Source: Marsupella aquatica
Lineage: Eukaryota > Plantae > Marchantiophyta
NCBI GenBank assembly: GCA_973895155.1
Contig: OZ316898.1
Location: 6,187,079 to 6,251,078, forward strand
DNA: 64,000 nt
Reading direction: 5' to 3'
The position numbers were made by a program, and so were the translations under genes. Under the pieces are notes generated by a model. The model did not search any database and was not told where the DNA came from. It saw only the letters and a list, made by a program, of their open reading frames with translations. This document shows, piece by piece, positions 36,397-53,132 of this stretch. Positions within the stretch are counted from its first letter, which is position 1, and the number at the start of each line of letters is the position of its first letter.

Positions 36397-39300
36397 GGCG
36401 ATGGTGGTGTTTATACGGTTCCTACCCAGCACCTCCCAATGTGCACCTAGTTCCCAACCACTTGTGGTAGACTAGAAAAAAATTACTCTCTGAGCCTAGA
36501 ATATCGATCCGGTCTTGTGCATACGACCAGGTCTGAGCAATTCACTGCACTTGAACTTGGGGTGGTGTTCATACGACTTGAACTTGTCACGGGCTTGAGC
36601 AGCAAATTCTCATTTTCAAATCCCGTTTCAAATTCCCGACCAGGTCTTTCCCGGCAGCTGGATTTTTCTTCTAAAACTCCAAAACCGAGATTGCAAGATA
36701 ACTATGCACCACTTAATTAAGGAATTGAATTCCCTTCTTAATTAATAAATTGAATCCTTCCATCTGGATCTAGCACTATGTATAGGGCAGATGGGTATTC
36801 GAAGCTCACTTGCTCGGAGCTAACTATGTATAAGCTGACCCGCGAGTTTCTGAAGGTACCGACTGAAATGGAGTCGGGGATGGAGTACTTATATTATAGC
36901 TCACCAGCTGGCTTGGTCAGTGAGCTGGAATGACAATCACCAACATGTGGACTTCAACACCGGGTTCTACACATGCAATTTCGAAGGTACAACTCGAGGT
37001 ACAATTGGCAGGGCCAGCCGGTACATGTGGGGGCTACACCTCCCAAGCTAAGCTGGATAGGAACCCTACCTCCTACTTTAAAAAACGTCAGCAGTAGCAC
37101 CAACTCGTCCCTTCTGTGACAGATCGGAATGTTGTCCTTGAAAGCTTTGCTCAACCTAATCCAGCACTGGACAAGAGTCAGACTCCAAGCCTAAACAAAA
37201 TGAGAAGAACATCAGCTTGCGATTGCTAAACTGTACTACACTGTATGCTTGTCGACTGCCTCTTAGTTCACTGATCCAGTAAGCGAGCCAGTAAGAAAGC
37301 AAACACGATGCCCGTCCAGCTGCCTCTGAAACCGAGATAACGTACTCTAGGTCGTGCAGTGCATGGTGGCTGCAAGAAAACAAAAATGGAACCGGCTTCC
37401 ACTATGCTCTGCCGATAGCTAGACGATTGAGCTAGGGCACTGTAGAAACGCTCTAGGCCAGGCTACCACCTCGATCTCCATGAACGATAGCCCAATTTGA
37501 CAAACGGTCGATGCATCATGTGCGTTAACCCACTGACCAAATACGAACGGTATTTGCTATACTTTCTGGCTTGCCTTTTGCGTCACATCTGTCTCTCGGT
37601 CTATCTGCTTCACCGCAAGGCCAGCTTTCTTCTCAATCCACCCCCAACTCGACCAACGAATCCGTTTCAAATTCTACTCGGGTCTCGAACTGAATTAAAC
37701 TCATTGAATCGAATGCACTCTTTTTCCAATCAGCTTGACAGGACCCATTTGCATCGAACACGATTCACTTTGGTCATGCGTACGTAGGAGAAGCGCGTAT
37801 GAGTAGTCTGTACAATTCAAGAACGGGCCGGGGACAATGGCAAATTAGTACGATCCCTACTTCTGTGGGATGATTCGCATCTGTAACAAAAGCACGAGTT
37901 GGATCCAGTATTCCAGTCCCCTCGACTCTCCAGTGATCATAGATAGATCTTGAACCGGATAGAATATCATGGCAACTCAAGCTGCAGAAGCTATACATGT
38001 GACAGAAAACCGGAATGCAAAGTATGGCAACTTACAGTAGTCAACAATCACGTACCGCACGTAGTGTGAAATTCCTCTGTTACTGACGGTGATGCAAAGA
38101 AGTGGATGCATTCCAATACAAAATGTCTACCGCATAGAACGGATGAATTATTTCCGGAAGAAACCGAGCAAGGAGAAAGAACTGGATTTCTTTATGGATT
38201 CATGACTCGAACCAGATTTACTTTAATTTCGTAACACTGGTTCGAATCATCAATTCTTCACGAAGGCCACTCAGAAGTTCATAGCCGAGATCCTGTCTGC
38301 TTTGTCACAGGGCCTTCAGGTCATCAGGGCTCCTCTGAGACAGGTCAGGTCAGGAATTCATGTCAAAATGAAATCAATGTGACTCACTGTGAGTGAGTCA
38401 TAGAGGACATTAGTCAATCACTCCCAAGCACAGTTTGCGGTCCACCGTTCACTTTCTTGTTTTGTCCAGGGCATCCATGCACAGTCACGCGAACAACAGT
38501 CAGCATGGAGCGGTAGAATGCTCCGTGTATGATTGGCTATACACTGTATAGCCCACCAATTTGTCGCAGAGTCTAGTACGATTCTCTCGTCCTTCCCCCC
38601 ATCAGTCTGTCCTTCCCTCCCGTGCCAGAACCTGCCACCTCCGAAATTCACTCAGGATACATGCAGCAAGCGAATTACAGTACAAAACTGGGGGCCACAG
38701 GCGTTCAATTTGCACATCGAGATCCACGCAATTGTCATGTCGTTTTAGAGGAATGGGGGCCACAAGTCTCAACTTGCATCGGCGAACAACTATGCCGTTG
38801 TTTTCGATGAATCAACACTCTAAGCTACAGCTACAGGAGCCCGATCAATCTGTACCTTGGGCACTCTTCTAACGTTTCTTGTTAGTGGCAACACATTGGG
38901 CACCAGCTGTAACTTCAATTCGCCATTGCAGAATTAACAACTCCAAGAGAAAGAAGCCTTGCAAGAGAAGTCATCTTATTCGTCCCCTAACCGACCATCT
39001 ACTATCATATTCTTCTTTGGGATTGTTCGTCAGGGTCGCTCATCCACTCTCATATTCTTCTTTGCATATGTTCCTCAGGGGTCTGACAGTCACGTCACCG
39101 TTCACCATGGTCATTAACAACCTTCTACAGCTGTGGGGAACTACTGTAAAAGCCATCTCCAAAGAGGAGCGAGCACGACAAATCCTCTATCGAGCTATTA
39201 CGAGAAAACATAAAAAAACTCAGCGCCTCCACAATCAGATGTGTGAGAGTTACTCCCATTCCCACCATCGCTCCTAGAGTCTTCGAGGGTGGGGTGAGAG

Positions 39301-39610
39301 GGTCCCAAATTCCACCTACACCCAATCTCAGTCCCTGTCCAATTCGAATGGTAGGACCAACCATTGTCATTTCGGCTAAAAGTTTTGTCAAATTGGTGCT
39401 CAAAATGATCTGGAGAAAAGCTATTGATGACAATAGTTGCCAATCCTTCGCAGGTCCAAGGGCTGAGTCGCCAGATCTGATAGCTCTCCTTCAATCTCCC
39501 GATATCTCAGGGGTGGAAAGATTCTGTAAGGGAATAACTTTATAAAATCACTTCCCCTGCCAGGACTCCCTCCCGAGCGTCGAAATGAAATCCCGTTGGA
39601 GACTGATATA

Positions 39611-39819
39611 GCATAGGAGAATAAGCAAGGGACCAGGGAAACTAGGGACCACGGTGTTCGAGAGGCAGAAGGAAGGTACACTCTCCAAAATGTGGTAATT
39701 TTGGAGATTGGGCGCCAGTACAGCATAGGAGGAAATAAGCAAGGGACCACGATAAATGTGTGAGCGCCAGAAGAAAGGTACACTACAGGCTTCCCCCAAA
39801 TTTGGTAATTTTGGAGATT
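39611..39819. repeat. Two-copy degenerate tandem repeat, about 100-110 bp
   Basis: GCATAGGAG..AATAAGCAAGGGACCA...AAGGTACACT...TGGTAATTTTGGAGATT occurs twice. Confidence 0.75.
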
Positions 39820-40492
39820 ACTGGGTCTTATTCCAGTCCCTTGTCAAAATGTCTGTATAGGGGCCCCCAATATAGTGGGGCCGTCTAGGAGATATTCATG
39901 TGGAATTAGAGAGGAAACGAAAAATTTAAAGGTTGGATGTCGAGTTGTAGAGAATTCAACATCATGTGTAGCCTCTTGAATTTATTATACTTGGATCTTA
40001 ACATTGTCATAGTGATCATCCTAACTCGGAGGGTGTTTGGTAAGATTTCCAATTTTGTAGTTAAAAGGAGGTAACATCGTTTTGGGGTGATAGTTTTGCA
40101 TCAACTAGCACCAGAAAATATTTGGGGGATATAATTGATCTACTGTAGCTCCATTCACAAAAGTAACAATTCCAAGCCAATAGGGTTCTATATTATGATT
40201 CTTAAACCTCGGTTCTTAATAGGTAGAAGAATATCCAACAATTAAGTTCTCACATCCATTCTGGCATGAACATGAAAACCCGATTCTTCCTTACTATCAT
40301 TCGTAACTCATTTTTATACTTTCTGCTAAGACTCAGAGCCTTGTATCAGAGATGACCAAGATATATTTCGCATTGTGCCGGGTCCTGACTGTATCAATAT
40401 GGCTGTTCCCTGCTTGGGAATTGAAGTCCCCAAGGAAAGAAATTACAAAAAATCTCGGTGAGTTCTTCATCCGCTAATTTAGGATGAGAATC

Positions 40493-42717
40493 TTAAAGTT
40501 CCTCCATTAATGCTTTGGCAGATTTCAACTCTGACAAGGACAAAACCAAAAAGGGAGTCAACATATGCCGTATTCGATCATATCCAAAAAGGACTAGCTC
40601 AAACTGCGAACTTGCTTCAAGAAGGTTCTTATGATCCGTTTGTTGCAAGCCTTCAGATGCACCAAAAACCCATAAAAAAGGCTGCTGAACTCTCTACACT
40701 GACTCAGATATGAAGCATTGGCACTCAAATAGGGTACCCGTAATCAGAGAGGATAAAAAGAAAATTACCATGAAGAAGAAGATGGAATTTATCAGCTGTG
40801 AGGCACAGCTGCAAGTCTTTGGACTTCTTGTTTGGAATGTTTGATTCTTGATTGGCTGACGCTAGCCTGAGAACCACACTCTTCGATTCACCCAATTGAG
40901 CTTGCCAGCCTACCACCTGGAGCGCAGGGACTGCACAGCTTACGAGACCAGCAAAGCTTCGGGTTAATAAAGAGACACCCTGATTACATACTTAAAAGCT
41001 TGAACCATCTATTACACCCAGCTCTCTAGAGGTACATCAGCCATCTCTCCGATCATAACGTGCTTGACATACTGAGCAATCACCTCAAATATCTTCAATA
41101 CCATACACCTACTGCGGCAAATAAACTCAACTATTCAAAGCGATGCACTTCCTCGAAAGAGGCACCCCTAACTTTCAGTAACAATCCTAACTTTTAAAAC
41201 GACATTCTCCTACCTTGGAGACTTTGATCCAGAAACCTGGCTTGAAGGGCTTCCTTGTTCTCCAGAAAGGGCTTGCATAGAGAATCACTGTGCTCTGCAA
41301 ACCAAAGGAAAAGGACAGCTTTCCTTTTAATACTTGGTCATTGCGTTTCAGTCCATCATAAATTCGATAACGTTACTGACACATTCTTATCGAGTTTGAC
41401 GTGATGTATACCCCCCGTCGTTTGACTTGTTCATGAGTAAATATGGCTGATGCCTGACCAAATTGATGGCAATTCAATCAAATCCCTAAACCCCAAACCC
41501 TAAATCTTTCTTACATACTCTATCATCAGGAAATACCCCTACTTTCAAACTCCTTTTCCTAATAACAAACGTTCACGGTTAGGAGTACCATGAAACTCTA
41601 TGGGATCAAAGGAGAGAACACATGTCAGAATCTTATTTGATTGCGAGAACTCGACCGGGTTTTGGCATTGAAGATTGGCCCACCTTTAGGTAGTCCAAGC
41701 TGTTGCAACTCCTTGGAGAGAGTTGAGCCATCAATATCAAACTTTGTACCATTTGCGATGAAGAAATGGAGAACCGCAACGCAGGCCTTCACCTCAGATT
41801 CCCCTGCAAAAACCTTGAGGGCATTTAGAGAAATAAAAGGCAAAACAAATCAGGAAGACAACAAGAAACGAGAAATTTTGTGCTCCAGCAAATGCTTCGA
41901 AGAAAAATTACCTAAGTAATGGGAAAAACTTGTCGACGGTGTTCGTCAGAAACTTGCTACATGTTTATGTCTGAGATCTCTAATTCTCCAACTATATTTC
42001 TGAAATTTGGGTCCTAAGAGTCTTCAACGTTACTCCTAACTGATTACAAGACTAGCTTTCTCTGCCAGTAGTTGGCAGACACTTGCTGACGATAGATGAA
42101 GCATTAAACATCATGAGAACATGGCCTGGCGTATAGATGTTGACGGGGGTGTGGAGTTGAGTAGGAACGCTTACCGAGGGAGGAATCTGTTGACAGCTTC
42201 AGCACTTTCTCGTACTGCACAAACAAATAGTTTGGAAGCATAACGTATGGCAAAGTGAGTTCGTCACTGATATTTCCTACGACCTCAGAGAGCAAAGACT
42301 AACAGAAACTCAAGCTAATGAAACAAGGAATTACTACAGTCCCGAAAATGGAATGGGTACTTAGGCAAGGCACAGGTTCGATACCTCGAAAACGCCTTCA
42401 AGCATTCTATCGATGATAAGCACGGCCAATACCTTGGTTCTAGCGGACGACTGCATCAACAACCACCCAAAACTGTCAGTTCAAAAAAAATGGAGACGAG
42501 CCAGAAACCACTTCCCCAAACTGAAGTTAAGAGTACATGACCAATTAAGACACTGCACTCGACACTGCGCTCAATGCGAAGTATTAGTTGCAGACTTTTA
42601 GGTTTTTTGTTTAGACACCGGAAAATACTGCAAAAATCACACCTTAAACCCGAAACCCTAAACTAAAGCGACACTTACCAAAGACAATTCTGGCATAAAC
42701 TTTGCAATTGGGCTGAA
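40493..42717 (-). CDS. COMMD4: COMM domain-containing protein 4-like, multi-exon (a first exon may lie at 44634-44696)
   Basis: In-phase exons 42679-42717, 42385-42450, 42175-42214, 41684-41803, 41214-41294, 40769-40930 and 40493-40530. They encode [55 protein letters not shown]...DKFHLLLHELKSAKALME*, which is characteristic of COMMD4. Confidence 0.85.
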
Positions 42718-43099
42718 CTGCAAATATGAAATGACACAACCCAACTACACAGCTGCAGTAAAAATCTACAGAAAATAGATACCCCTATCGTTGTCAAGCC
42801 CACTTGATTTCCAGCATCTGTTGTCAGTAAACCCCCAGATACCCAGGGTGTATTGAGAGTTCAAGGGATGGGACCACCAGTAAACTAAAGGAGAGGATGG
42901 ATACATGTGCTGAAACGGGAGCAGCTGCTGTATCGTGTCTGCCTTAGTCGGCCGACTAAGACAAGGATTGGATGCGATGAATTGGCAGGGGGATCATATT
43001 CTTCACAATTGAACGGAATTCCTTTTGTTTCAAGTTCGAAGGTAAGTGGTGGCGGATGGCCCACGAGAGTAACAGATCAAGCAAAAAAGGGCTCAGAAC

Positions 43100-43760
43100 G
43101 AAACAGAGGTTGAAAGAGCAGAAAGGAACTCACAATCTTTGCCAGGGTGGACATGTGCGCGAGAACCCAATCTGGGGCATCCAACCCGCCGCACACGTTG
43201 AATTTCATATCTCCTGCTTTTCAATCTTCCCCTACCACACGAACGTTCCTCACACCATCGGCTCCCCCAATTGGAGATCCCTTCTCTGGCCCTTACTTTC
43301 AATCAATCCAATTGGATGTGATCCCGTTCACCGCTACCCCTAAACATCACACTCATGGCTGGATTTGGATTTCGAATGTCCTGCCTGTACAATCATGAGC
43401 AGCGAGGATTTCCTTCCAGTGAGACGCCGTTTTCAAAGTAGTCTACACCAGGGCCCATTGACGCCATTGAGAGTGGACAGATTCATTCAGTGCACTGTCA
43501 AGGTTCACTACAGTACCACACAGCCAATTCATCGTTAGCTCAAAACACGCATTGGAGTACCCAATGTCCCAATTGTCTCCCATCTTCGGCACACGAATCA
43601 TCTTCACCCTTCTTCACCCAGGAATCCAACAGGAAAGGCGGTTCAGAACTCACCTCTGCCATGACCTTAGAGCAACCCACAAAGACTAAACCACCATATG
43701 GAATACAAGGAAGGAATTCCTTCTCAGCCCGGCCTGATGCCATCATAAATTCATTTTTTG
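43100..43760 (-). mobile_element. Decayed LINE-like fragment
   Basis: SCAEDGRQLGHWVLQC resembles a zf-RVT (C..C....H....C) remnant. Stops and frameshifts are present. Confidence 0.35.
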
Positions 43761-43818
43761 GGCTTTAGAGCACAATTTTTTTGTTTTTAGCTAAGTAACC
43801 AAATCTTCTATCTTACTA

Positions 43819-44173
43819 CATTGTCCACCGCAAATAGTGCTAGTCACACTAATTGCGTAGCCCTTTGAATTTTACCGCTCACATGAAATAGTGTTGTGAG
43901 TCACAGTATTTGAGATGCCACGCTAAGTAGAGTTCACAAGTGGTCACACTTTTGGTAATTGATGTGTTTGATTTGAATAGTGCACAGTGAGAATCGAATA
44001 GAGTCATTAAACTGAGACTCAAGCATACTCTCATTACAAAGTAAATAGTCTGACTTAACATACTTAATTAGTGTGATTCAAGTTAAACAAGAATGTTCAC
44101 ACACTTAAGTTTGAGTCACTCTAATTTTAATGTCACACTAAGTATATACTCGCACTATTTACTCTGGACAGTG
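43819..44173. mobile_element. TIR MITE flanked by TA (Tc1/mariner-like)
   Basis: TA|CATTGTCCACCGCAAATAGTGC ... GCACTATTTACTCTGGACAGTG|TA. Confidence 0.65.
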
Positions 44174-44260
44174 TAGTAAATTGCCATAGAAACCTACTGT
44201 TTAGGCGCACTATTTACTCTGGACAGTGTAGTAAATTGCCATAGAAACGTACGGTTTAGG
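44151..44260. repeat. Tandem duplication of about 56 bp covering the MITE right end plus flank
   Basis: CGCACTATTTACTCTGGACAGTGTAGTAAATTGCCATAGAAAC.TAC.GTTTAGG occurs twice. Confidence 0.9.
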
Positions 44261-44718
44261 CTCCGGTCTAGAGTGATCCCTCTAGGGCGTGACTTGGGGG
44301 GTGTAACCAAAACTTGGGGCTAGGGTGAAAAATGACAAGGGGGCTGTGGGGTGAGTATACAGAGGCAAGTCTATGAACTAGATGAATTGAATGCAAGTAG
44401 CTGAATAGGCCAGGCAATCAATCGGTGGTACTGACATTCAAACTAGGACAATGAGGAGTAGCTCTACCCTCCACTTAATCTACTTAGTGCCAAAATTTAA
44501 AAAACAAACAAACTATTTAGTGCCAAAATGAAAGCGGGAATTAAATTGTCCCAAATTCTCGATCCAAATCTGGTTTCTCCGGCGGGGGCTGGAGCAAGGG
44601 TCAACAAAGCTTAACCAGGGTCATATTTCTAACCCGGGTCAATTCTCCTGGTGCGAGAGGGGAGGGAAAACTCGAGAACAGAGATTGAAATTCCATCAGC
44701 GACGTGTATATAATAAGA

Positions 44719-47855
<3,137 letters not shown>

Positions 47856-49669
47856 GTTTTACTTTATAGTACTGTCATCAGTAATGACTTTAGTTTGAGA
47901 GTTTTGGAAATGGATTTCCAGAAACGTGTCCACCCTTCCAGTGTTTCGGCCAAGATCTTCACCAGAGCTATGTAACAAGTGAGCTTCAACGAGGCTCAAC
48001 CTCTGGACCACAGGCAGTAGGCAGTTTGGGGAGGTATTGCTAGCAGAGTGCAAGATACAAGTGTTCCAATTTCAGGATAGCGACAGCTCTTCCTGTAAAA
48101 GTATTATGTAATTCCATGGAATTCGATTTTCCTCCAGGTGCGCTGTGGCATCATTGCACAAGACCAGATGCCTTGAGCTGTTGGATTGTTGTCTTGGCAA
48201 ACGAATCAGAATAGCTCCAATATTTTATGAGAACTAAATCTGATAGAGGTAACGCTCTCATTCTTAAACCGCACCGAAATCTCACAACCATATTACTCAG
48301 AAGTCCGATTTGATTTATTCTTCTATTAAAGTGGCGGACAAGCCCCTGTTGCATTTTAGTAGAGATTACAATTAGTGTAGCCTCCTGGTACGCTAGAGAG
48401 GGATTCAACTGATCGCAAGCCTGATCCGCATGATAGCCCATATACAACATCAAGATTATTGTATTATTGTGGACAGTCCTAAGTCCAACAACCGTATGAC
48501 AGTTCCATGTTCCAGGCTTTTAGCCAGATGAGAAGATAGAAAGCATCGACTCTCTGGATATTGATATAGCTTGGAGTGAGACTTCAAAGAAACTGCTGAA
48601 TGTCGACCAGGATCATGTGAATCTGAATGCTAGGCTAAAGGTCATCCACTGGAAATGTCTATTTTAACTAGGATGAAATGGATTCAGAATTGAAAAATAA
48701 TCACTTTCACACAAAGAACATATTGGTATCCATGTGAGCTGAGCTGAGCTGAGCATTTTGGATATCCCATCCACTGCTTGCTTGAATAGACTAATGAATG
48801 CAATTAGCTAAAACCTTTATAGCTTTAAAACGCGCTATCAAGTGGGCTTTTACAGCTCGCCAAAGCCCCCTTGTTCCCAGGTTTGAGCCTTGTACCCAAA
48901 TGTGGGACGTAGGTGTGGTGAGTGCCCACGTTATCTTCTCAAACGGTGAATACCGAAACGACATTCACTAGTGTAGCTCTCTGGCACTAGTGCAAACTAG
49001 CTCTCATAGACAGAATTCATAGAGTATGAACGCCCAGGATGTCAGTTGTTGGTGAGGCAAACTTTGGGAGGAGTGGCCACGGTGATAATTATTTCTGACA
49101 CTGTCATTTGGTATGGGGATGGCAAGCAACACGAGAGCATCATCATTCAGTATGTGGTTCACACCGCCATTCCCGGAAGTATTGTTTTCTGTTTTCGAGA
49201 TGAAATCGTTCGAGACATGTCAGTTGCATTTACACAAATTGGTACTCTAGGCTGCATATGGGTACTGTAGCTGGCTGAGGCAGGATGGTTATATAGTCAA
49301 TGGGACAGCGAGGAGGGCAGAGTAGCGTCTGGAGACCCCTGCAAGCTTTTGGGCGTCTGTAGGAGGCAGGCGAGACCGCGTACAGGGAGGCGGGAGGTCC
49401 TGATTATTTGCAGTTGATACAAATCGTTGATGACAGCTAGCTTCCTCAGTCAGTATTTCAATCACTATTCATTCATCGACTTCCTCAGAAAGCTGAGCGG
49501 ACCTTTTATTCCTGTCTCGGCTCTGAGTTCTCTACATAGAGACAGATTACAGTAGCATCCGATTAAGAATTATCACTTTTGGTTTCCAATCTGCTTGACA
49601 TCGGCAACAGAACAACCACGAGCTATTGTGCAACATTCCTGTGATCGTCTAATATCGTCCTTCCGCGAG

Positions 49670-52600
49670 TAGAAGCTGAAACGTTGCGATCGCTCCAAAC
49701 AGATGTGCAATCTGCTTTGGCCTCTACATCAGGCGCATCGTCGGAGCATTTCGTACGTACCCCAGCCCCGAAGCAGGTAGGATTCTTATTATTGCCTCTC
49801 AGGAACAACTCACCTTGCACGTAGAGATCCTTTTTGGTTCATATCTTTGACGACTTGCTACTAGGTTCTGGGGGACGGCTTTCATCTGGGCTGCAAAGGG
49901 TGTTGTGTTTTCAGTTGCTAATCTCTCTGCTTGGTAGTTAAAAGAGACCTCTCGTTTACTTGCAGCTTAACGATTATGTGCACGTAATTCATGACCCGCT
50001 ACCACAGAGACGCCCATCGGTTGAGATTGTCTTCTTCCAATGGTCTCCAGTTAGAGAGATCCGACGGGGCCCTACCTTAACACATGGCTTGCAAAGACGG
50101 GACTCAATTATGGCTAAACTGGATCTTGGATGAATTCCCCGATTCTCGCATCCTGATTATCTCCTTCGATGCGGCCTTCAGGAGGACTGATTCAGATGGG
50201 AATAAGGACATGTTTATCACTGGGGAAACTCTGGTGACGTCATTGGTTGACGAACAAGCTCAAATTGGACGGGATGGGTGTCCTGTGTTACTGGTAGGGC
50301 ATTGTCTAGGGGGCCTAATTATGAAAGAGATTTGTATACAAGCTCATTCTGTACTTACCATGAATTCGTCTTACCAACGTGTGCAAAATATCCTACACAA
50401 CATCAATTTTATTTTTTACTATGCAACTCCCAATCACGGGACCGAGGTGACCGAATGCATCGCCCAGTTTCCAAAGGGACCATTGTTCGAGGTTCTCACT
50501 ATTCTTAACAAGAAAGCTGCATGGCGGAACCATCATTTCTGTATATTGCGGGGATGCGGTACGGTTGGACAGTATTTGGAGTTGGAGAAGGCCGTGAAGT
50601 AAATCTGGTCAGATCTGGTGATTGTCTCTTACACACCAAAGATATTGATGTCGATGGTGTCCCGTTGTCATTCTGCTATGTGTCACTCTTACTACAGTCC
50701 TGCATTTCAATCATCTGGGATGCAAGTTTGAGTTAATTTTAATTTACCTTTGTTTGTCATTGTTCCGCAGGGAGCATTCAAATGCTAATTTGTGGTGGAA
50801 GCGTCAGCTAGAAACGATTTTGATACACGTTATACAGTTCCAGCAAACCACTTTGATGTTTGTCGACCCGAGCCTAAGAATTCGTCCTGCGTTCGTCTCT
50901 TAGTGGATTTCGTAGGTGACGTGGTGCTAGAGGTTCCCCAACATTTCAACTCATTCTTAGTGCGTTGGAGTCATTGAACCTCAACCCTATCAATAATGTG
51001 GAAAGTGAGCAGTACCTCAAGAAGGTTTCACTGTTGTATGCCGACGGCACTATTCTGTCCAGTACCTCAAGGTGATTGGAAATCATGAAGAAAAGGTCGT
51101 CAGATCTGTTCTGCAAGGCCATTCAAGATGTCGTAATGTCATATTTGCCCTTCAAATATGAGTGCCAAGAGCTTAGTTCAGGGGCCCCTTGCGTTAGAGT
51201 CATATGCATATCTGAGTGCTTCCATTTTCAATTTATTCGACCTGCCTGGCTGCAACATCTTTTTTTATTACATGAGCTTTAGAGTAAATGGTTTTGCTTG
51301 TAAGGCTGTACCTCACATGAATTCAATGGCAGGATAAAGCTCGACACTTCCCTCAAATAGTCATTTCAGAAGAAGTGATCGGCCTGCGTTCCCAGACCAA
51401 TGCCGTGAAAAGTAAGTAGTGCCAAAAGCAACGACTGGGCATATGGGATTGGAGGAATTGGAAAAGCCACGTCAGCTGAGACTTTATCCACAGCTATCTC
51501 GGGCTTTACATCTCATCTCCATGCCTTGGAAATAGCAAACGCTCGCAGTGGCTACGACGAGCGTGTAGAGAGACTTACAAACAAGTCAGGGCTTGCCATT
51601 GGCTCTGAAAGTTGCCGACCGCTACTTGTATAAACCTGAATATTTGTGGGATGATGTTCTTGAGAAGTTGCATCGGGCTCAGCCCCTTGCGAAGATGGTT
51701 TGTGGTCAATCCTAATCATGAGTTACGATTCCCTTGCCCCAGCAGAGAAATAGATGTTATTAGATGTGGCCACTGTCTTTCACGGAAAGCGATTGTATCA
51801 GGTGGAATAAATGTGGAGAACTTGTGGCTGGAGGGCTGAATCCGGATGGATAAACTTCCTGGACAAGGGATTAGTAGCAATGTCGGAGTTGAATAATGCT
51901 CCTGATGATGAATCGGACGATGATCCGGATGATGAAGACGACAGCAAGTACACTATTTAGATGCACAAGATGCCACGTGATCTGGGCCACAGCAAAGCGT
52001 GTCCAGACCCAAAAAGGTTTCAGATCATAGCAGAATGAGTTATAAAGCATCTGATTTTGTACAAGTTCGGTCACTCAATCAGGTCATACCGTAGTCATGA
52101 TTGACCACACCACATATTGAAATGAGGTTACTTAATTTTAGCGCATCACTTGCAGCCTTGACGAGTTGTTATAAGCTAATCATTTCCAGTTTAGTAACCA
52201 GGAGATGGTTCAAGTGCAGAGGTGATAGCATCGTTAAAAATGATCGGCAAGAATGCAAGCACTAAATGAGTTCTGATGCAGGGGTTGCAGGAGGGAAAAC
52301 TGAGAGTGGAAGTTCTACAAATTTATGGCTCTCGTTTTGCATCACTCTAACACCGATCTCCTTCATCAAATGGATATGTTAAGAATCCTGTTTCTCGACG
52401 GTCAATGTGGTGATGATCCAGATATCGCTACATACACCTTACGCGCAAGGTTTGTTAGAGCAGGTTATTTGTTCCCCAAGTCACTTGTGTATGTCAGTGT
52501 GAAAAATTATGAACTCGATCGATCTTGGATCGAGATAGGCTCCGAGCAAGCATCTTGCCACAACTTAGAGCAGCTGCACGGTCTAGAGCACCTAACGTTC

Positions 52601-53132
52601 GAGTACTCTTACTTGAAAGCTCTACCAAATTCCCCTAGTAACCTTCAAACTCTGCAACATCTAAGGATAGTGGAGTGCCCAACTCTAAGCTCTTACGGCA
52701 TCCCTTGGACTTCTGCAATCTCTGCAGTATCTCGAGATAGCGTGGTGCGGCAGGTTCCATATTCCCTGTGGCAGCTTCGAGCTCTGGAGGATCTGGAAAT
52801 CCTTTATCTTGGCCAGTGGGCACCCGACACTAATCATGTTCTTGATTTCAACTCGCAGGCTCTTACATGATAGTCTCGGAAAGCTTCCAGCTCTACTGCA
52901 CTTACATCTGTGTAATCCTTTTCGTCCAGCTCTTCCGGAAGCCTTTGGACAATTTCGGGATCTCGTATCATTACGAATTGAGGAAATTTGGTGGCTTAGA
53001 CGTCTTCCAGAAACCCTCGGGGACCTCAAGGCTCTCGAGCTTTTGAAGCTGAAGGGTTGTTACCCGTTTGAAGCTCTTCCGAATTGCGTTGGGACACTGA
53101 AAGCTCTAATAAAAGCATTTAGAAGTGGATAA
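49670..53132 (+). pseudogene. Alpha/beta-hydrolase-NB-ARC-LRR (HNL) immune receptor pseudogene
   Basis: SERAC1/PGAP1-like hydrolase (EIVFF.GL, GHCLGGL, YATPNHG, NHFDVC); P-loop GIGGIGK at 51445-51465; GLPLALKV at 51590; RNBS-D-like LDVATVFHG; MHD-like MHKMPRDLG at 51961; LRRs at about 52560-53130. Several frameshifts and stops. Confidence 0.85.

Noticed and set aside
41483-41504. Telomere-like AAACCCTAAA motifs (also about 42645-42664)
   Set aside because: Only 2-3 degenerate intronic units, so not an interstitial telomeric array.
42943-42960. 18-bp perfect palindrome CTTAGTCGGCCGACTAAG
   Set aside because: It is isolated, with no evidence of function, and may be a junction or repair product.
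49375-49395. GCGTACAGGGAGG, a partial match to a miR160-complementary site
   Set aside because: The match is too short and there is no hairpin or ARF gene context.
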